The notes below the pieces were generated by a model, which was not told the DNA's origin, searched no databases, and was given only the letters and a program-made list of their open reading frames with translations. Below, in pieces: positions 10,089 to 18,880 of a DNA stretch of 64,000 bases. Position 1 is the stretch's first letter. Each line of letters opens with the position of its first letter. This DNA comes from Thermoplasmatota archaeon (GTDB lineage Archaea; Thermoplasmatota; E2; JACPAO01; JAHFTW01): contig JBFIHX010000008.1 in assembly GCA_041601615.1 (NCBI GenBank), positions 1 through 64,000 of the forward strand, written 5' to 3'. Made by a program: the position numbers and the translations under genes.

Positions 10089-11474
10089 ATGTCGGAGGAC
10101 CCCTGGCGGACCCTCGTGGAAGCCCATTTCCGCGTCTACGATTCCCGCACCGAACCCCTCCCGGGCGGTGCCGCAGCGAGCCTCTACTTCGTCATGTTCC
10201 CCAGTGGCGAACTGGAATCCCGCTACGAAACCGTCCGAAAGGCCGTCCTCGCCAAAGACCCCGACGCCGTAGTGTTTTTGCGCAGCGACGGCGGCGAAGA
10301 CATCCTCGTCATCGCACCCCGGCCAGCACTTGCACCCACCAAAAACACCGCCAACATCGTGCTGTTCGTCCTCACCATCATGACGACGCTCACGGCCGGC
10401 ATCCTCTACTGGCACGGCTACAAACACGCCGGCGACGAATACACATGGAGTCTCCTTTGGAGCACCGAACACCTCGGCAACAGCCTGCTCTACTTCGTAC
10501 TCCCCCTCATCGCCATCCTCGGCATCCACGAAAGCGCCCACTTCATCGCCGCACGCCGGCATGGACTGCGCTCCTCCCTGCCGTTCTTCATTCCCTTCCC
10601 CCCCATCGCGCTTCCCATCGGTACTCTAGGCGCCTTCATCCGCCTCAAAGACCCCCTACCGGACCGCAAAGCGCTCTTTGACGTAGGCGCCAGCGGCCCC
10701 CTCGCAGGATTCGCCGTGGCAATCCCCGTTCTCCTGATTGGCGCCGTGCTCACCGACGCCGACGCCTTCGAGGCACCCGACCTCGGCCGACCCATCGCAA
10801 CACTCGACGGCATCGAATTGGAATACGACGCCGCCACCCCAGGCTCCGCCAGCATCGGAGTTCAAACCGCCGGGCCGCATTTGCTAGAACTCACCAGCGC
10901 CCAAGGCAAATGGCCCTACCAAGCAAACCTCGTGGCCACAGGAGAAAACGGCACCGAAACCCTCGACACCTACGACATCAAGGTCCCATCCAACGCCACA
11001 GCGCTCCTGACGGTGACCTTGCCCGATGGCTACACAGGCGCCCGGCTCGTCTTGGACTGGGACGACGGCCTCATCCACTTCGGAGACAGCCTCTTCGTGA
11101 AAGGCCTGCACAAAATCGGCCTCGGCGACGGCGACTACCTCACCCACCCCACCTTCTTTGCGGGCTGGGTCGGCCTCCTCGTCACCGGCATCAACCTCCT
11201 ACCCGTGGGCCAACTGGACGGCGGCCACGTCAGCCGCGCCGTCTTCGGCGACAAAATGCGCTACCCTGCCTACGCAGCCATCGGCGTACTGTTCTTCTTG
11301 GGCTTCCAGTTCAACGCCTGGATCCTCATGACCATCTTCATTCTCCTGATGGGTCTCTACCACCCGCCGCCGCTCAACGACCGCGTGCCCCTCGACGCCA
11401 AGCGCAAATTGGTCGCTGCACTGGTTTTGGTCGTGTTTCTAGTGACCTTCATCCCCGTGCCGGTCATCCTCTGA
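10089..11474 (+). CDS. Site-2 (M50) intramembrane metalloprotease
   Basis: HESAH (HExxH), GTLGAFI, DVGASGPLAG, NLLPVGQLDGGH. Confidence 0.93.
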   Translation: MSEDPWRTLVEAHFRVYDSRTEPLPGGAAASLYFVMFPSGELESRYETVRKAVLAKDPDAVVFLRSDGGEDILVIAPRPALAPTKNTANIVLFVLTIMTTLTAGILYWHGYKHAGDEYTWSLLWSTEHLGNSLLYFVLPLIAILGIHESAHFIAARRHGLRSSLPFFIPFPPIALPIGTLGAFIRLKDPLPDRKALFDVGASGPLAGFAVAIPVLLIGAVLTDADAFEAPDLGRPIATLDGIELEYDAATPGSASIGVQTAGPHLLELTSAQGKWPYQANLVATGENGTETLDTYDIKVPSNATALLTVTLPDGYTGARLVLDWDDGLIHFGDSLFVKGLHKIGLGDGDYLTHPTFFAGWVGLLVTGINLLPVGQLDGGHVSRAVFGDKMRYPAYAAIGVLFFLGFQFNAWILMTIFILLMGLYHPPPLNDRVPLDAKRKLVAALVLVVFLVTFIPVPVIL

Positions 11475-11640
11475 GGGCCGACTCAGGCAGCGAAGCGCGG
11501 CTCAACAACAACACCGCAGCGCTGCTCAGAAGCACGCCCCCAATCAACAACACATAGTTTTCGAGCATTACAGAAACGCGCAGCGCTCCAACACCTGACG
11601 CAAACAAAGCGAGGGCAGAAAGGAGCAGCTTCAGGAACAT
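11464..11640 (-). CDS. Small two-TM membrane protein
   Basis: MFLKLLLSALALFASGVGAL...YVLLIGGVLLSSAAVLLL; 58 aa; G-rich SD-like sequence upstream. Confidence 0.5.
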   Translation of the reverse strand: MFLKLLLSALALFASGVGALRVSVMLENYVLLIGGVLLSSAAVLLLSRASLPESALRG

Positions 11641-11716
11641 AGACACCCCATCCGCGTGCTTTCCTATATGAGGTGCATGGTGAGGCAAGTGAATGTTCCC
11701 GCGCCAGGCCGCCGCA

Positions 11717-12577
11717 TTACGCCGGGGCCTTGCGCCAATGCACCCGCATCGCAGCCCAAAACTGCACCGCGTGCACAAACACCAGCGCCGCAAACAAGAC
11801 ACTCGGCCAAGTGTGCCAGTACTTGGCCACGTACTTCAGACTCGTATCCTTCGTGGCAAAAAACAACAGCGGAAAACCGCTAACATTGGCCAGCACTGCC
11901 GAAACAAACAGCCACGCATCCGTCTGGACCCGAGCCCCGCCCCGCGTACCCCACAACGGCACCGAAGCCGCACGCGACCGGCGCCAACGCACCCACAGCC
12001 ACGCCACATACATCGGACCCACCAACGCAAGGATGGTCCAAAGCGTCCAAGGAATGTAGCTCGCCTCCGTCCAAACCCCGGCGCCCCACGACGACCACGT
12101 CACCGGAATCGCTACGAGAATCAACACTAGGGCCACATCCAGCCGCAAGGCCGACCCCAAGGAAGCATGAATGCGACCCCACGCCCGGCGCATGCCGCTC
12201 CAATTCACCGCCGTATGCACTCCGAAATACAACAGCGCCAACCACGACCAAAGAATATGCCACCACTTGGCCCAGTCCTTGAGCCCCCAATCCTTCAGAT
12301 CCTGCTTCAAGTACAACAACAAAAAGCCGCTCACCGTAGCCAGCACCGTCCACGCCAACACCCAGATACCCAGGTGCGCCCGATCCAGCCACAATCTCCG
12401 GCCCCGAGCCCGCGCCACCACCCACCACAAGCCAATGCTTGCCAATGCAAAGCCGAGACTGGCCGTATGATGCCACACCGGCTCACCCAGATGAACAAGC
12501 CGAGGCCACACCGCAGACCCGACCAGCAAGACCCCCTGCAACAATAGGAGCCCCAACAACCACACACCACGCCGCAC
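11717..12577 (-). CDS. Membrane protein with duplicated DUF4405/cytochrome b-like His-bearing helices
   Basis: Two repeats VSGF.L.....K.WH...S.L......VH....W. Confidence 0.7.
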   Translation of the reverse strand: MRRGVWLLGLLLLQGVLLVGSAVWPRLVHLGEPVWHHTASLGFALASIGLWWVVARARGRRLWLDRAHLGIWVLAWTVLATVSGFLLLYLKQDLKDWGLKDWAKWWHILWSWLALLYFGVHTAVNWSGMRRAWGRIHASLGSALRLDVALVLILVAIPVTWSSWGAGVWTEASYIPWTLWTILALVGPMYVAWLWVRWRRSRAASVPLWGTRGGARVQTDAWLFVSAVLANVSGFPLLFFATKDTSLKYVAKYWHTWPSVLFAALVFVHAVQFWAAMRVHWRKAPA

Positions 12578-12670
12578 GAAGCAAGCACGCCGCCACGCTC
12601 ATTTGAGCCCTGTCGTCGACATTTTTGCTTGGCGTCAAGCTCATAGCCGAGATGGGGGTCGCCCAAGGCC

Positions 12671-13012
12671 ATGCAGGAATATCCCGTGAAGCCCGGCCAC
12701 GCCGGAAAGATCGATTTCAACCTGATCTTCGAGGCCGCATTCGGTTCTTACACGGTGGAAGATGGATGGCTTACCGGCTCCTACGGCTCCATGCCCTCCA
12801 TCCGCGCCAAGCAGGAAGGCAAGAAAGCAGTCATCGTCGACACAATCACCGACAAATCCTTCGTAACAAAAATGGCCGCAGGCGACCCCGAAGCCACCGC
12901 CATCGCCCAGGACACCCACCGCGCCTGGAATGATTTCCTCGAAGGCATCACCGGGTACGATTCCAAGACCCGTTCCAAAAAGATCCAAAAAGCCGCAAAG
13001 AAGGATGCCTAA
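12671..13012 (+). CDS. DUF5611-like archaeal protein
   Basis: MQEYPVKPG...GSYG...WNDFLEGITGYDSKTRSKK pattern. Confidence 0.8.
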   Translation: MQEYPVKPGHAGKIDFNLIFEAAFGSYTVEDGWLTGSYGSMPSIRAKQEGKKAVIVDTITDKSFVTKMAAGDPEATAIAQDTHRAWNDFLEGITGYDSKTRSKKIQKAAKKDA

Positions 13013-13014
13013 AC

Positions 13015-13938
13015 ATGATTGCTGAAGCAGAAGAAGAATGGGAACTCGTATTCACCGAACAGGACGACGGCCGCCGCGTCAGCCGCCTCCCAAGCGGCAA
13101 AGTCGTCCTCGTCGACCTTGCCGAACGCGACCGCGTGCAAGCCGGCGAACAATGGCTCGTGCGCGTCATGCACCACGAAGCCTACGCCATCGCCCACCTC
13201 GTAGAAATGATCACGGACAACCCCGACCCCGACACCCCGCCGCGCCGCCTCAACGGCCCCGACGAGTTGGAAGAAGAGGAAATGCTCGACGTGGTTGTGC
13301 GCACCCGAGACAGCCGCGACACACGCGAACCCCGTGAAACCCGCCGCCCCCGCAACGCCACCCAGTGGACCGCAAGGCCCGACGAAATCATCCGCCCCGG
13401 CGAACGCGTCGCAGTCTTCGTCGACGGCGCCGTCGCCGACCAATCCTGCCGCGAAGCCGGCTACTGGTTCGACTACGTCCGCCTCCTAGGCTGGGCCCGA
13501 GGCTCCGGCATCCTACACGGCGGCTACTACTACGCCACCGACCGCCGCAACGACGTCGAAAGCCAACAACAACGCTTCCTCGACCTCCTCACGCACAACG
13601 GCTTCATCGTCCACGTCAAACCCCCCCGCCGCGACAGCCGCGGTGTGGCCGTAGAAATCGCCATCGACGCACTCGACTCCAGCCGCAGCTGGGATGTCGC
13701 CTGGTTCATCGGCAACGACCCAGACCTGTCTCGGCTCGCAGACGTACTTCGCAGTCGCGGCAAGCGCGTGTACGCCCTATGCAACGAAAGCGGCATCAGC
13801 CGTGAACTGGCATCCGTCGTCAACAAGCCGATCTTCAACCTCGAAGACCACCAGCACGACCTAGAGCGCAAGCATGTACCCAAGCGCGAAGCCAGCCACA
13901 GCCACGATGACGACGATGGCGACGGCGAAGAAGAATAG
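13015..13938 (+). CDS. NYN/LabA (DUF88)-like PIN-domain protein with N-terminal TRAM-like region
   Basis: VAVFVDG, GVAVEIAID, GNDPDL...LRSRGKRV..., SRELASV; N-terminal DGRRVSRLPSGKVVLVD. Confidence 0.75.
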   Translation: MIAEAEEEWELVFTEQDDGRRVSRLPSGKVVLVDLAERDRVQAGEQWLVRVMHHEAYAIAHLVEMITDNPDPDTPPRRLNGPDELEEEEMLDVVVRTRDSRDTREPRETRRPRNATQWTARPDEIIRPGERVAVFVDGAVADQSCREAGYWFDYVRLLGWARGSGILHGGYYYATDRRNDVESQQQRFLDLLTHNGFIVHVKPPRRDSRGVAVEIAIDALDSSRSWDVAWFIGNDPDLSRLADVLRSRGKRVYALCNESGISRELASVVNKPIFNLEDHQHDLERKHVPKREASHSHDDDDGDGEEE

Positions 13939-14032
13939 CCCGCGCTGCCTCCAAAGCGCTTAGACCCGAACCACCGTCGGCGCACCCCCGGACACCCCCC
14001 GCCCGGGGCACCGCGCCCAAACAGGTCCGACC

Positions 14033-15043
14033 ATGGCCATTCTAGGAATCGAAGGCACCGCCCACACGCTCGGCGTCGGCATCGTCGAAGAGGACCCCGA
14101 CCAACCCGGCAAGTGCCGCATCCTTGCCAACGCACGCGATATGCTTCGGCCCGAAGAAGGCGGCATCCACCCACGCGAAGCAGCCTACCACCACGCCGAA
14201 GTGGGACCAAACCTCCTTCGACAAGCACTCAACGGAGCCGGCCTCACCCCCTCAGATCTCGACGGAGTCTCCTTCAGCCAAGGCCCCGGCTTAGGCCCCT
14301 GCCTGCGCGTCGCCGCCACCATGGCCCGCGCCTTCGCCGTCCGCCACGAACTACCGCTCCAAGGCGTCAACCACTGTGTGGCCCACCTAGAAATCGGCAC
14401 CGGCCTCACCGACACCACCGACCCGTTGCTGCTGTACGCCAGCGGCGCCAACACCCAGGTCATCGCGCATCTGCGTGGCCGCTACCGAGTCTTTGGCGAA
14501 ACCCTCGACGTAGGCATCGGCAACGGCCTCGACAAATTCGCCCGCGACAACGGCATTCCCTTCCCCGGCGGCCCCCGCATCGAACAAGAAGCCGCCAAAG
14601 TCGGCCCGGAAGCGTTCGTGCCGCTTCCCTACACCGTCAAAGGCATGGACCTCTGCTTTGCCGGCACCGCCATCGCCGCCCAACGACTCGTCGAAAAAGG
14701 AACCCCCTTCCAGGACGTCTGCTACAGCTTGCAAGAAACTGCCTTCGCAAGCCTCGTCGAAGTCACAGAACGAGCTCTCGCGCACACCCGCAAAACCGAA
14801 GTGGTGCTCGGCGGCGGTGTTGCCTGCAACGCCCGATTGCAACAAATGACCCGAGAAATGGCCGAAGCCCGCGGCGTCGCATACGCCTGCCCGCCCCGGC
14901 CGGTGTTGATCGACAATGGAGCCATGATTGCTTGGCTTGGGCTCCTAAAGCTGCGGGCAGAAGGCGGCATGAATCTTGCAGACTCTGGGGTTTTGCCGTA
15001 CCAACGCACCGACGCCATCGACGTAACATGGAGGCCCGCATGA
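14033..15043 (+). CDS. kae1: KEOPS t6A synthase Kae1
   Basis: LGIEGTAHT, GGIHPREAA.HH, QGPGLGPCL, VNHCVAHLE, SGANTQ, GETLD.GIGN.LDKFAR, DNGAMIA. Confidence 0.97.
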   Translation: MAILGIEGTAHTLGVGIVEEDPDQPGKCRILANARDMLRPEEGGIHPREAAYHHAEVGPNLLRQALNGAGLTPSDLDGVSFSQGPGLGPCLRVAATMARAFAVRHELPLQGVNHCVAHLEIGTGLTDTTDPLLLYASGANTQVIAHLRGRYRVFGETLDVGIGNGLDKFARDNGIPFPGGPRIEQEAAKVGPEAFVPLPYTVKGMDLCFAGTAIAAQRLVEKGTPFQDVCYSLQETAFASLVEVTERALAHTRKTEVVLGGGVACNARLQQMTREMAEARGVAYACPPRPVLIDNGAMIAWLGLLKLRAEGGMNLADSGVLPYQRTDAIDVTWRPA

Positions 15044-15693
15044 GCCAGGAAACCTCCGAAACGCTCTCCGGCGCGGAAGCAACCCTCGACCCCGGCACCT
15101 ACCTTGGCCGCACCGTCCTGCACAAACGCCGCATCCCCAAAACCTACCGCCACCCCGTCCTGGATGCACGCCTGCGCGACGAACGCACCCGCGACGAAGC
15201 AAACCTGCTGCTTGCCGCCGCCCGCGCAGGCGTCCGCGTGCCTCTGCTCTACGACACAGACCGCACCGGCGCCACCATCACCCTCGAAAAAATCGAAGGC
15301 CAAGCCCTGCGCGACGCCCTGCCCCGCGACTCCGCCACCGTCGCCTGCGCCCGAATGCACACCCTCGGCACCATGATCGCCCGCCTCCACGACGCCGGCG
15401 TCACCCACGGCGACCTAACAACCTCCAACGTACTCGTCGAGAACACCGCCCGCCCCGACGGCAGCGACGGCCTCGTGCTCATAGACTTTGGACTCGGGCA
15501 ATTCTCGGAAGAAGACGAACAACGCGGCGTCGACCTCCACCTCGTCGAAGAGGCACTGGAAGCCACCGACGACCGCGCCGAACCCCTCATGGCCGCGTTT
15601 CTGGCCGGATACGCGTCCGCTGCCCGCGCCGAATCCAGCCTGCGCCGCCTTGAACAAATCCGCCTGCGCGGCCGCTACCGCGAATCGACCTGA
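15040..15693 (+). CDS. bud32: KEOPS kinase/ATPase Bud32
   Basis: GAEA, KRRIPKTYRHP.LD.RLR.ERT..EA, HGDLTTSN, IDFGL, RGRY; ATGA overlap with kae1. Confidence 0.95.
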   Translation: MSQETSETLSGAEATLDPGTYLGRTVLHKRRIPKTYRHPVLDARLRDERTRDEANLLLAAARAGVRVPLLYDTDRTGATITLEKIEGQALRDALPRDSATVACARMHTLGTMIARLHDAGVTHGDLTTSNVLVENTARPDGSDGLVLIDFGLGQFSEEDEQRGVDLHLVEEALEATDDRAEPLMAAFLAGYASAARAESSLRRLEQIRLRGRYREST

Positions 15694-15711
15694 ATCGCCG
15701 CCCGCGCACCT

Positions 15712-16311
15712 TTGAAGCCGCCCTCCGTCCCGCCCGCCGTGGCCCTCCCCGACAGCATCACCTTCATCACCGGAAACGCCGGCAAAATCGCCGAACTGCG
15801 CGAACTTCTTGACCCCCTAGGCGTCGCCGTGGTCCCGGACGACCGAGGCTACCCCGAAATCCAGCACGACGAACTTAGCGGCGTGACGGAAGCAGGCGCT
15901 GGCTATCTTCTAGCCACGGGCCTCAAACCACCCTTCCTGCTCGAAGATTCCGGCCTCTTCATCTCCGCGCTCAAAGGCTTCCCCGGCGTCTACAGCCGCC
16001 ACGCCCTCGACACCATCGGAACCGAAGGAATTCTCCACCTCCTGCGAGACGTGGAACTTGAATCACGCAGCGCCGCATTCCGCACCGACCTCTGCTATGT
16101 AGACGAAGAAGGAACCCCACACCACTTTGAGGGCACCTGCAAAGGACGCATCGCCGAGCACGCCGCCGGCGACGGAGGATTCGGGTTCGACCCCATCTTC
16201 CAAAGCCCCGGCGAGAACCGTACTTTCGCCCAACTCACCCGAGAAGAGAAGAACGCCAGAAGCCATCGGGGACAGGCGACCCGCGCCTTTACCAAATGGC
16301 TGGTGCAATGA
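15712..16311 (+). CDS. rdgB: Non-canonical purine NTP pyrophosphatase (RdgB/HAM1)
   Basis: TGNAGK, EDSGL, GFPGVYS, GFGFDPIF, EKNARSHRG; start may be GTG 15739. Confidence 0.95.
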   Translation: MKPPSVPPAVALPDSITFITGNAGKIAELRELLDPLGVAVVPDDRGYPEIQHDELSGVTEAGAGYLLATGLKPPFLLEDSGLFISALKGFPGVYSRHALDTIGTEGILHLLRDVELESRSAAFRTDLCYVDEEGTPHHFEGTCKGRIAEHAAGDGGFGFDPIFQSPGENRTFAQLTREEKNARSHRGQATRAFTKWLVQ

Positions 16312-16559
16312 AAGTTGCTCCTCGCACCTGATTCGTTCGGCCGACTTTTGCCCATGGAACTTCCCTAAATTAAGGGTATTTATCCCATATTTAGGGGGGT
16401 TTGTCGATGTGAAAAACTTGCCTGCTTAGGAGCCATGGCGCTGATGAGGCAAAACCGCAATCCAAATGCTACAAAAATGACAATTATTTTCTGTAAATAG
16501 CTCTAAAATTGCCAAGGGGCTTGGCCCATGCGCAGGTCATTTCAATCAATTAACTTCAA

Positions 16560-16608
16560 TTGGCCCAATATCATCCCCTGGGAAATAACGTGAAGCTAAA
16601 TTATAAAT
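16560..16608 (+). promoter_or_regulatory. Island promoter: TTGGCCCAATATC box plus TATA-like TTATAAAT
   Basis: Box at 16560-16572 is repeated at 42659-42671 (reverse) and 51401-51411 (11-bp core); TTATAAAT at 16601-16608. Confidence 0.5.
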
Positions 16609-16831
16609 GGGAGCCCACGTTCTTTGTCGTGATCAGATTATCTGATTACGTTGGTGTTCCCAGTGTCCATAGTTGCCTGGTTGGAAATGTATCCCGTGCG
16701 GGAGACGAAATCAATACCGAGGCAGTGCGTTGCATACGACTCATGCTCAGCTATTTGGTTGAGATTCGATTCCAGTAGAGTGCAAAGTTCGCAGGGGCCA
16801 CCGACCAAGGAAACCACCCAAGGTGACACCC

Positions 16832-17857
16832 ATGAACCCTCGAAACCCCAATTATGGCTCCACGCCCCTCGTCGGGATGCTACTCCTACTCTCGATCGGC
16901 ATCGCACCCAGCATCACTGCTGATCCAATTTCGGACATGCAGCCGCTCGTGCCCGACATGACGCCGCTGGAGACGACCGAGAGCCATGATACGACACCAC
17001 CGGTGATTACGGGCATTAGCTCGAGTTCACATCCGTCGGAGAACCTCTGGTACTACAGCAATGTGTTTTACGGATCCATCTCCGCAACCGATGTCGGTAC
17101 GGGCGTTCGAGGATACTCCTACAAAGTTGTAGCCTCTGAAAGTACAGATGTACCAGCTTGTTACTATCAATCATACAGCAACAATGTTGTTTGGAGCAAT
17201 ATTAACTATGGAGTAAATGAAATTAGAGCCATGGCAAGAGATGGCGGATACAACTGTAGCGACATTTTCACGCGAACCATTAACGTTGACAACATAGACC
17301 CAGTCATCACCCGCACCATTCCCGGAGAGGGAGCAGTGATATCCGGATCGGATCGCCAAATTACTGTTGAATACAATGACCGCGACTTGAACCAGGATCG
17401 AGAAGAAGAAAACACACAAGTGAATCGAGCAAAAGTGTTTCTAACCATCGATGGCGTGGATCGAACGACCCAATCCATCATCACAAAAAATCAACTCATC
17501 TATACAAGCCCCCTTGGATTTACCGTCGGCGACCACACCATCAAAATTCAAATTCAAGATACTGCCGTCGGATCTAACATCGTCACGAAAACCTGGACAT
17601 TCCGGGTGAGCCCTGGTGCCGCCATCGATGGCGACGGCGATGCCATACCCGATGCCTTGGAGGAGGAAATTTGCCGGCGCGAATCGAAGGGAACCCCCAG
17701 AGATGGCACCTGCAGCGAATCAGAAGATGGATCCAACTACCACCCTCCCGCCGACCCCATCGAAATCGTCGGAGAGGGCCTCTCTGAAATTGTGAATCCC
17801 TTCCGAAATGGACTGGGAGTTACAGGCCGCATTCAAATTGGCCCACATTTTAATTGA
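16832..17857 (+). CDS. Secreted protein with Ig-like beta domains and a DGDGD Ca-binding loop
   Basis: GGTGA-N5-ATG; hydrophobic signal; DTTPPVI / DNIDPVI domain starts, GDHTIKIQIQD..G.N, DGDGDAIPD..EE. Confidence 0.75.
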   Translation: MNPRNPNYGSTPLVGMLLLLSIGIAPSITADPISDMQPLVPDMTPLETTESHDTTPPVITGISSSSHPSENLWYYSNVFYGSISATDVGTGVRGYSYKVVASESTDVPACYYQSYSNNVVWSNINYGVNEIRAMARDGGYNCSDIFTRTINVDNIDPVITRTIPGEGAVISGSDRQITVEYNDRDLNQDREEENTQVNRAKVFLTIDGVDRTTQSIITKNQLIYTSPLGFTVGDHTIKIQIQDTAVGSNIVTKTWTFRVSPGAAIDGDGDAIPDALEEEICRRESKGTPRDGTCSESEDGSNYHPPADPIEIVGEGLSEIVNPFRNGLGVTGRIQIGPHFN

Positions 17858-17868
17858 GGTGGTATGGT

Positions 17869-18708
17869 ATGAAAATAATAATACCATGTGCAGCGCTTGT
17901 TTTGGCGCAATTCTCCCCCCTGGCTTCAGCCACGCACGATGGCGATCTGTTTGAGGACGAAATCGAAAGGACTGCGTGCGGCCAGGCCGATTTTGCATTC
18001 GTCATCTCCAACCTATTCGGCCTGGGCGGAACCTGCAACGAAGAGCATGACTACAGGCTCGAAGCCTTGGAGCTGGGAACCGAATGCGGCCCCTCCAGAT
18101 GCACCACGGTTCTGTACGAACGTACCCTCCAATTCCAAGGCTACGGCACGCAACCGATGCCCATTCCAGACGACAACGTCGAGCCACAGGGACCCATCCC
18201 TATTCCATTCCTGAATCCCGACACCGCAACATACGAGACATCCTACAACAACGACGGCGCCTACTGCATCACCATACGAATCTACGAGCTGCAAGAGGAG
18301 CACCAGAGTTGCGACCCGTACGTTTCCAACTTCTACCGCCCCACTGAACATGAGGAAACGCCCGTGATGCCCTACGAGGACCTGGGATACACGCCCGGCG
18401 TGGAGGAAGGAGAGTATGGCACAATCGAAGGCACAACGACGGACCACGCCCGGATTGAACTCCGAGTTAGCGCGCAATGGGACACATCGCGTATGAGTCC
18501 TGGCCCCTCCGTTGATTTTGTCCAAATATGGAGCCCATGGGATCCACTCGATGCAAGTGATACGCTTTGGGGCGCCACGAGCACCTCCACATCCTACATA
18601 GAAATCAGCTGGGAAGTCTACGACCTTGATGGAGACCTCGCGCATCAGCACGATCAACGCATTCCACTCGTGGCGCAACTCTTGGGGGGTCTGTATGCAA
18701 GCGCCTGA
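17869..18708 (+). CDS. Secreted acidic hypothetical protein (Cys-containing)
   Basis: GAGGTG SD; signal peptide MKIIIPCAALVLAQFSPLASA; six Cys in the mature region. Confidence 0.7.
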   Translation: MKIIIPCAALVLAQFSPLASATHDGDLFEDEIERTACGQADFAFVISNLFGLGGTCNEEHDYRLEALELGTECGPSRCTTVLYERTLQFQGYGTQPMPIPDDNVEPQGPIPIPFLNPDTATYETSYNNDGAYCITIRIYELQEEHQSCDPYVSNFYRPTEHEETPVMPYEDLGYTPGVEEGEYGTIEGTTTDHARIELRVSAQWDTSRMSPGPSVDFVQIWSPWDPLDASDTLWGATSTSTSYIEISWEVYDLDGDLAHQHDQRIPLVAQLLGGLYASA

Positions 18709-18880
18709 AGATCGAAACCGCTTGCCGCAAGAGGTAGACCAGACTGAATTCGTGCCACCGCCCTCTCGTAGCAGCAAAAATCGGGCGTCTCAAGCCAGTT
18801 TGTTCCGCCTCCCAGCGCCCCCACACTTCAACCGCCCCCACGGTTCGCATTTTACTGGTTCCAACCCACCCACCAACCCC

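Noticed and set aside
16312-16830. AT-rich gaps as CRISPR leader or array
   Set aside because: No regularly spaced direct repeats and no cas genes in the window
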